Assembly: GCA_963840035.1 (NCBI GenBank)
Contig: CAWIXE010000001.1
Span: 640,001 to 704,000 of the forward strand
Reading direction: 5' to 3'
Source of the DNA: a candidate division FCPU426 bacterium
GTDB taxonomy: Bacteria; Oederibacteriota; PGYV01; Palsa-1178
Length of the DNA stretch: 64,000 nt
Of this stretch, positions 59,402 through 64,000 are shown in pieces. The first letter of the stretch is position 1; each line of letters opens with the position of its first letter. The notes beneath the pieces were generated by a model. The model was not told the DNA's origin and did not search any database. It worked only from the letters and a program-made list of their open reading frames with translations. The translations under genes and the position numbers were made by a program.

Positions 59402-60415
59402 ATGAAAATCTACAAGAACAACATCAACACCGCAAAGCCTTTTGTCACAAAAGATTCATCCATAATACGCTCCATCCTCGACCTCTCCAACGCGAAGGTA
59501 AAGAACGTTTCCCTTGCCGAGGCTGTGGTAAAGCCGGGCATGACAACACTTGCGCATGAGCACCGGGCAACAGAGGAGATTTACTATTTTACTTCAGGCA
59601 GCGGCAGGATGAAACTCGGAAAAAAGACATTCCCGGTGAAAACCGGCGACGGCGTGCTGATACCTCCGGGCACGAGCCACAAACTTTTTAACACGGGAAA
59701 AAAAGACCTCAGCCTTTTATGCGCGTGCGCGCCGCCTTACTCGCACGAGGACACATTTACTTCCGAGTCAAAATACAAGCTCATCATATTTGATTTTGAC
59801 GGCACGCTTGTGGACTCCGCAACCGGTATCTGGGCTACGGCAAACGCCATGGCAAAGAAGTTCGGGGTAAAGCAGTTTAAGAGGGATATCATTATCGGCG
59901 CTGTGGGCACCGGGCTTGACAGTTTCCTGCACGACCTGTTTCCTGCCAAAGAAAAGGAAATCGGAAACAAGGAACTCATAAAAATATACCGCGCCATATA
60001 TGACGTTAAGTATAAGCAGGGGCTTAAAATTTACAAAAACGTAAAAGAAACTCTTGGATTCCTTTACGCGAAGGGCATGATACTGGCAATAGCTTCAAAT
60101 AAGTTAAAGCGGTATGTTGTGGACATCAATAAGGAAGTCGGCATAGACGGATTTTTTGACATAACCCTCGGCAGCGCGGATGTAAAGCGGCGCAAACCGG
60201 ACCCTTTTGTGGTCCACCACCTCATGAAAAAATATAAGGTTAAGGCAAAAGAAGTGCTCTTTGTCGGCGACAGCCAGTATGACGTCCAGACGGCCAAAAA
60301 CGCCGGCGTGGACTGCGCTTACCTGGAATACGGCTACGCGGATAAGAAAATCATTAAGAAACTGAAACCGGAATACGTCCTGGAAGGATTCAAACAACTC
60401 CGGGAAATAATATAA
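59402..60415 (+). CDS. Cupin + HAD (phosphoglycolate-phosphatase-like) fusion
   Basis: H.H..TEEIYY..SG.G...IPPG..H cupin; FDFDGTLVDS, KPDP, VGDS..D HAD motifs. Confidence 0.85.
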   Translation: MKIYKNNINTAKPFVTKDSSIIRSILDLSNAKVKNVSLAEAVVKPGMTTLAHEHRATEEIYYFTSGSGRMKLGKKTFPVKTGDGVLIPPGTSHKLFNTGKKDLSLLCACAPPYSHEDTFTSESKYKLIIFDFDGTLVDSATGIWATANAMAKKFGVKQFKRDIIIGAVGTGLDSFLHDLFPAKEKEIGNKELIKIYRAIYDVKYKQGLKIYKNVKETLGFLYAKGMILAIASNKLKRYVVDINKEVGIDGFFDITLGSADVKRRKPDPFVVHHLMKKYKVKAKEVLFVGDSQYDVQTAKNAGVDCAYLEYGYADKKIIKKLKPEYVLEGFKQLREII

Positions 60416-60427
60416 GGCGGGGCATAA

Positions 60428-61348
60428 GTGGAGCTGATCGCGAACTCAATTATACCGGTATTCATACTTGTAGCGCTGGGGTACTGGTTTAAAAGGGCGA
60501 AATTTATAGAGGATGTGACTGAAAAATTCCTGAATAACCTGGCATATTACCTGGTCCTTCCTGCCATGGTATTTGCCTCCATATATAAATCCCCGTTTGA
60601 GAAAATATTTTCGCTTAAAATGATAGCCGGGCTTTATCTGGCCGCGTTTGCCGTATTTGTGCTGGCTGCGGCTGCTGCGTCATTTTATCCGAAGGAAAAG
60701 CGCGGTTCTTTTGTCCTTCCGTCTTTCAGGACAAATATCGCGTATATAGGCTTCCCCATTATTTTACACGCCTATGGACAGCTGGCTCTGGCGGAGATCG
60801 GCGTTATTACCGGGTTTATGGCGCCGTTCATGATAATTCTTTCCATCATTTATCTGAATATAATGAACAAGGATAACGGCACGCACAAAGCATCAATCCT
60901 ATATTACATAATATCCGACCCGCTGGTAATCAGCTCCATAGTGGGGCTTGTATTTTCATACTTTAAGATCGGCCTTCCGGTGTTCCTGTCAAATACCGTG
61001 GAAATGGTTTCTTCCATGGGGTCGCCGCTGATGCTCATTGCCGTGGGCGCCGGACTGAAGATTTCCACCATAAAAAAAGACAGGTGGCATGTTATCCTTG
61101 CCACGTCTTTAAAACTTTTCATACAGCCGCTTTTCGCGTGGCTTATTTTTACATTTTTCATTATTTTGCCTTCGCCGCTGGATTTTAAGGTCGCGGTCAT
61201 GACTTTTACATTTCCGTCAGCGCTTTCCACATACATAATGGTGAAGCAGTATAAAGGCGATGGCGAGCTTACAGCGGCGATAATAATGGTTACAACGCTG
61301 CTTTCAATCCTGACAATGTCAGGCTGGATATTATTTTTAGGGAAGTGA
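60428..61348 (+). CDS. AEC (auxin efflux carrier) family transporter
   Basis: IIPVF, LPA, N...IGFP, KL..QP, PSA, TT.LS. Confidence 0.88.
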   Translation: MELIANSIIPVFILVALGYWFKRAKFIEDVTEKFLNNLAYYLVLPAMVFASIYKSPFEKIFSLKMIAGLYLAAFAVFVLAAAAASFYPKEKRGSFVLPSFRTNIAYIGFPIILHAYGQLALAEIGVITGFMAPFMIILSIIYLNIMNKDNGTHKASILYYIISDPLVISSIVGLVFSYFKIGLPVFLSNTVEMVSSMGSPLMLIAVGAGLKISTIKKDRWHVILATSLKLFIQPLFAWLIFTFFIILPSPLDFKVAVMTFTFPSALSTYIMVKQYKGDGELTAAIIMVTTLLSILTMSGWILFLGK

Positions 61349-61359
61349 TTTTGATGCTG

Positions 61360-61490
61360 GTAGCCGCAGCCTTCAGGCTGCGAAAGGCGGTTTGCGTACT
61401 TGGCGGGGAAGCAGAAGACAGAAATATTATTTTCGTTTTTGTAAATATTTGTCCATTTGCGACGTTACGCAGCCTGAAGGCTGCGGCTAC
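61360..61490. repeat. REP pair GTAGCCGCAGCCTTCAGGCTGCG
   Basis: Perfect inverted copies at 61360 and 61468. Confidence 0.85.
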
Positions 61491-61536
61491 AAAACCAATA
61501 GAAACAACCATATTCTATTGAAAAAGTGCAGAACTC

Positions 61537-61670
61537 TGTGGGAAATCCACAGAAAACCCATAATACGCTTTTAAAATATAGGGTTTTATGGAAATAACAG
61601 GTGTGGATAGCATGTGGATTAGCAATCTAAAGAGGGCTATAAAAATATGGGGTTTTTGGAGTTATCCACA
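61537..61670. promoter_or_regulatory. DnaA-box cluster
   Basis: TTATCCACA (61662), TGTGGATAG (61602), TGTGGATTA (61613), weaker boxes at 61537 and 61543. Confidence 0.55.
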
Positions 61671-61830
61671 TAATAGATTTTCAATTTTATATTTTCAATT
61701 TTCAATTAAATGCCAAAAACAGAACAGAACAAAAACCGTTATATTATTGTCAGGCTGTTTCATAATACGGATTTTAAATTTGACTGGAATTTGAAAAAAT
61801 GATATTATAAATAGAAAGGAGACCGCAGCT

Positions 61831-63321
61831 ATGATCCGTAAAGTTATCTCATCAAACAAAAAAATACTAAAAGAGGCCCTGACTTTTGACGACGTTTTGC
61901 TCGTCCCCCAGATGTCATCGGTGCTTCCCAGACAGGTGGAAGTAAAGACAAAATTCTCCAGGAATATAACCATAAATATACCGCTGGTATCAGCGGCAAT
62001 GGACACTGTAACAGAGGCCAAGCTGGCTATTGCCATAGCCCAGGAGGGCGGGATCGGCGTCATTCATAAGAACCTGACCATTGAAGAACAGGCAAAAGAG
62101 ATCGATAAGGTAAAGCGCTCTGAATCAGGCATGATATTAGACCCCATAACCCTGCACCCGGAATCAACGGTCGGTGAAGCGGCTGAATTTATGAACAAGT
62201 ACAGCGTCTCGGGATTCCCAATATGCGAAGGAAAAAAACTCGTAGGCATACTCACTAACAGGGACTTAAGGTTCGTAAAAAATAAAAAGCAGAAAATCAA
62301 GGAACTGATGACGCCTAAAGAAAGGCTCATCGTGGCCAACCACGGCATATCGCTTGAAAAAGCCCAGGAAATACTTCATAAGAACAGGATAGAGAAACTG
62401 CCTGTGGTCAGCAAGGATTTTGATTTAAAAGGGCTTATAACGATAAAGGACATCGAGAAAAAACTCAAGCATCCGTTTGCCGCCAAGGATAAATTCGGCA
62501 GGCTTATGGTCGCGGCGGCAGTAGGGCCCTCTGATGAACTTTTCGACAGGGCAGCGGCGCTTATTAACGCGGGCGTTGACGCGCTCGTGATTGAAACAGC
62601 GCATGGACATTCTGAAAATGTCATAAACGCCGTAAGGGACCTTAAAAAGAAATACAGGAACATCGACATGATAGCCGGAAACATAGCCACCGCGCGCGCG
62701 GCACAGGACTTAATAGAAGTGGGCGCGGACGGGGTTAAAGTGGGCATGGGGCCGGGTTCGATATGCACGACCAGGGTGGTAGCCGGAATCGGCGTGCCGC
62801 AGATAACAGCCATAATGGACGTTTATGAAGTGACCAGAAAAAAAGGCGTGACACTGATCGCCGACGGCGGAATTAAATATTCCGGGGATATAACAAAAGC
62901 CATAGCGGCAGGCGCGGACTCCGTAATGATTGGAAGCCTTTTTGCCGGCACCGAAGAATCGCCGGGAGAGACAGTGCTATTGGACGGCAGGAGCTTCAAG
63001 GTACACCGCGGCATGGGCTCTCTGGCTGCCATGAAAAAACGCGGCGGCAGGGAAAGATATTTCCAGTGGGAAGAAGAGGAAGAGAAACTCGTGCCGGAAG
63101 GCATTGAAGGAAGGGTTCCGTTCCGCGGCCAGCTTGCCTCCACAGTGCACCAGATGATAGGCGGCGTGCGCGCGGGGATGGGTTACTGCGGGACTGTCAA
63201 TATAAAAGAGCTTAAGGAAAAAACGCAGTTTGTTAAAATATCAAACGCAAGCCTGAAAGAAAGCCATCCTCACGATGTCATCATCACCAATGAGGCGCCG
63301 AATTACAGGATAATGAAGTAA
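61831..63321 (+). CDS. guaB: IMP dehydrogenase
   Basis: [19 protein letters not shown] pair, [14 protein letters not shown]. Confidence 0.97.
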   Translation: MIRKVISSNKKILKEALTFDDVLLVPQMSSVLPRQVEVKTKFSRNITINIPLVSAAMDTVTEAKLAIAIAQEGGIGVIHKNLTIEEQAKEIDKVKRSESGMILDPITLHPESTVGEAAEFMNKYSVSGFPICEGKKLVGILTNRDLRFVKNKKQKIKELMTPKERLIVANHGISLEKAQEILHKNRIEKLPVVSKDFDLKGLITIKDIEKKLKHPFAAKDKFGRLMVAAAVGPSDELFDRAAALINAGVDALVIETAHGHSENVINAVRDLKKKYRNIDMIAGNIATARAAQDLIEVGADGVKVGMGPGSICTTRVVAGIGVPQITAIMDVYEVTRKKGVTLIADGGIKYSGDITKAIAAGADSVMIGSLFAGTEESPGETVLLDGRSFKVHRGMGSLAAMKKRGGRERYFQWEEEEEKLVPEGIEGRVPFRGQLASTVHQMIGGVRAGMGYCGTVNIKELKEKTQFVKISNASLKESHPHDVIITNEAPNYRIMK

Positions 63322-63378
63322 GCACGCAATTTAAAATCTAAAATTTTAAATTTAAAATTGAAAAATAAAGGATAAACC

Positions 63379-64000
63379 ATGAAACACGACACGATACTTG
63401 TTCTTGATTTCGGTTCCCAGTATACCCAGCTTATCGCGCGCAGGGTCAGGGAGATGGATGTTTATTCGGAGATAATGCCGTTTAACCATTCTTTTGAAAA
63501 AATTAAAGAGATGGCGCCCAAGGGCATAATCCTTTCGGGAAGCCCGGCTTCCATATACGATAAAAAAGCGCCGCTTCCTGACATGAGGATATTTGACCTC
63601 GGCGTGCCGATTCTGGGCATATGTTACGGCATGCAGGTTGTGGCAAAAAAGTTCGGCGGCAGGGTGGAAAAAGGCGAACACAGGGAATACGGATTTACCG
63701 AACTCAGGCTCACTGAGAAAGACCCGCTGTTAAAGGACCTCTTTAAGCAGGAAATAGTCTGGATGAGCCACGGCGACAAACTTGTAAAAAAACCGACTGG
63801 GTTCAAGACCCTTGCCGTGACCGACACCTCTGATTTCGCGGTCATATCTAACGCTGAAAAAAAGGTGTGGGCCATACAGTTCCACCCGGAAGTCGTGCAC
63901 ACGAAAAACGGAAAGCTCATATTATATAATTTTGTGACGGACATATGCAGGGCAAAGCAGAACTGGACGCCCGAGTCCTACATAAAGGCTACAGTAGAAG
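63379..64000 (+). CDS. guaA: GMP synthase (glutamine-hydrolysing), 3' truncated by window
   Basis: ILVLDFGSQYTQLIARRVRE, GICYGMQ, WMSHGD, QFHPEV. Confidence 0.96.
   Translation, partial: MKHDTILVLDFGSQYTQLIARRVREMDVYSEIMPFNHSFEKIKEMAPKGIILSGSPASIYDKKAPLPDMRIFDLGVPILGICYGMQVVAKKFGGRVEKGEHREYGFTELRLTEKDPLLKDLFKQEIVWMSHGDKLVKKPTGFKTLAVTDTSDFAVISNAEKKVWAIQFHPEVVHTKNGKLILYNFVTDICRAKQNWTPESYIKATVE

Noticed and set aside
61537..61800. Definitive oriC call
   Set aside because: No dnaA/dnaN nearby and no switch in gene orientation; kept only as a DnaA-box cluster

Overview
Bacterial chromosomal window of moderate GC, with most genes on the + strand. The organism is probably a diderm anaerobe: it encodes a TonB-dependent receptor, beta-barrel proteins, class III ribonucleotide reductase and hemerythrin. 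The Thr-rich secreted proteins with a 'YPNP/YPDP' C-terminal domain suggest a candidate phylum such as Ca. Goldbacteria, but that assignment is inference only. Housekeeping genes: gatCAB, rlmD-like, miaB, nrdD/nrdG, metK, ahcY, tRNA-Cys, grpE-dnaJ, fixCX, coaX, lepA, queE-like, ABC-F, lemA, rnpB, guaBA, plus a TPP riboswitch. The intergenic DNA carries many repeats: more than 10 distinct GTAG-type REP families, a 9x146-bp array with 3-unit higher-order periodicity, a 5x113-bp BIME-like array, a 5x58-bp array inside terminal inverted repeats, a ~180-bp MITE in two copies, and about 20 hairpins/tracts built from 7-nt (also 6- and 9-nt) periodic units. Most notable: (1) an ORF6N gene whose internal 27-bp palindrome (encoding LRSQIVT) recurs as 6 variant non-coding copies in 36-bp-period cassettes around the gene; (2) a split NrdD whose glycyl-radical loop is a separate 71-aa protein; (3) RNase P RNA whose 5' P1-P3 region lies inside the lemA coding sequence; (4) T9SS-like cargo and a PorV-like protein; (5) a divergent RelBE-like pair, candidate attenuators and a DnaA-box cluster upstream of guaB. 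No CRISPR array, transposase or reverse transcriptase was seen.
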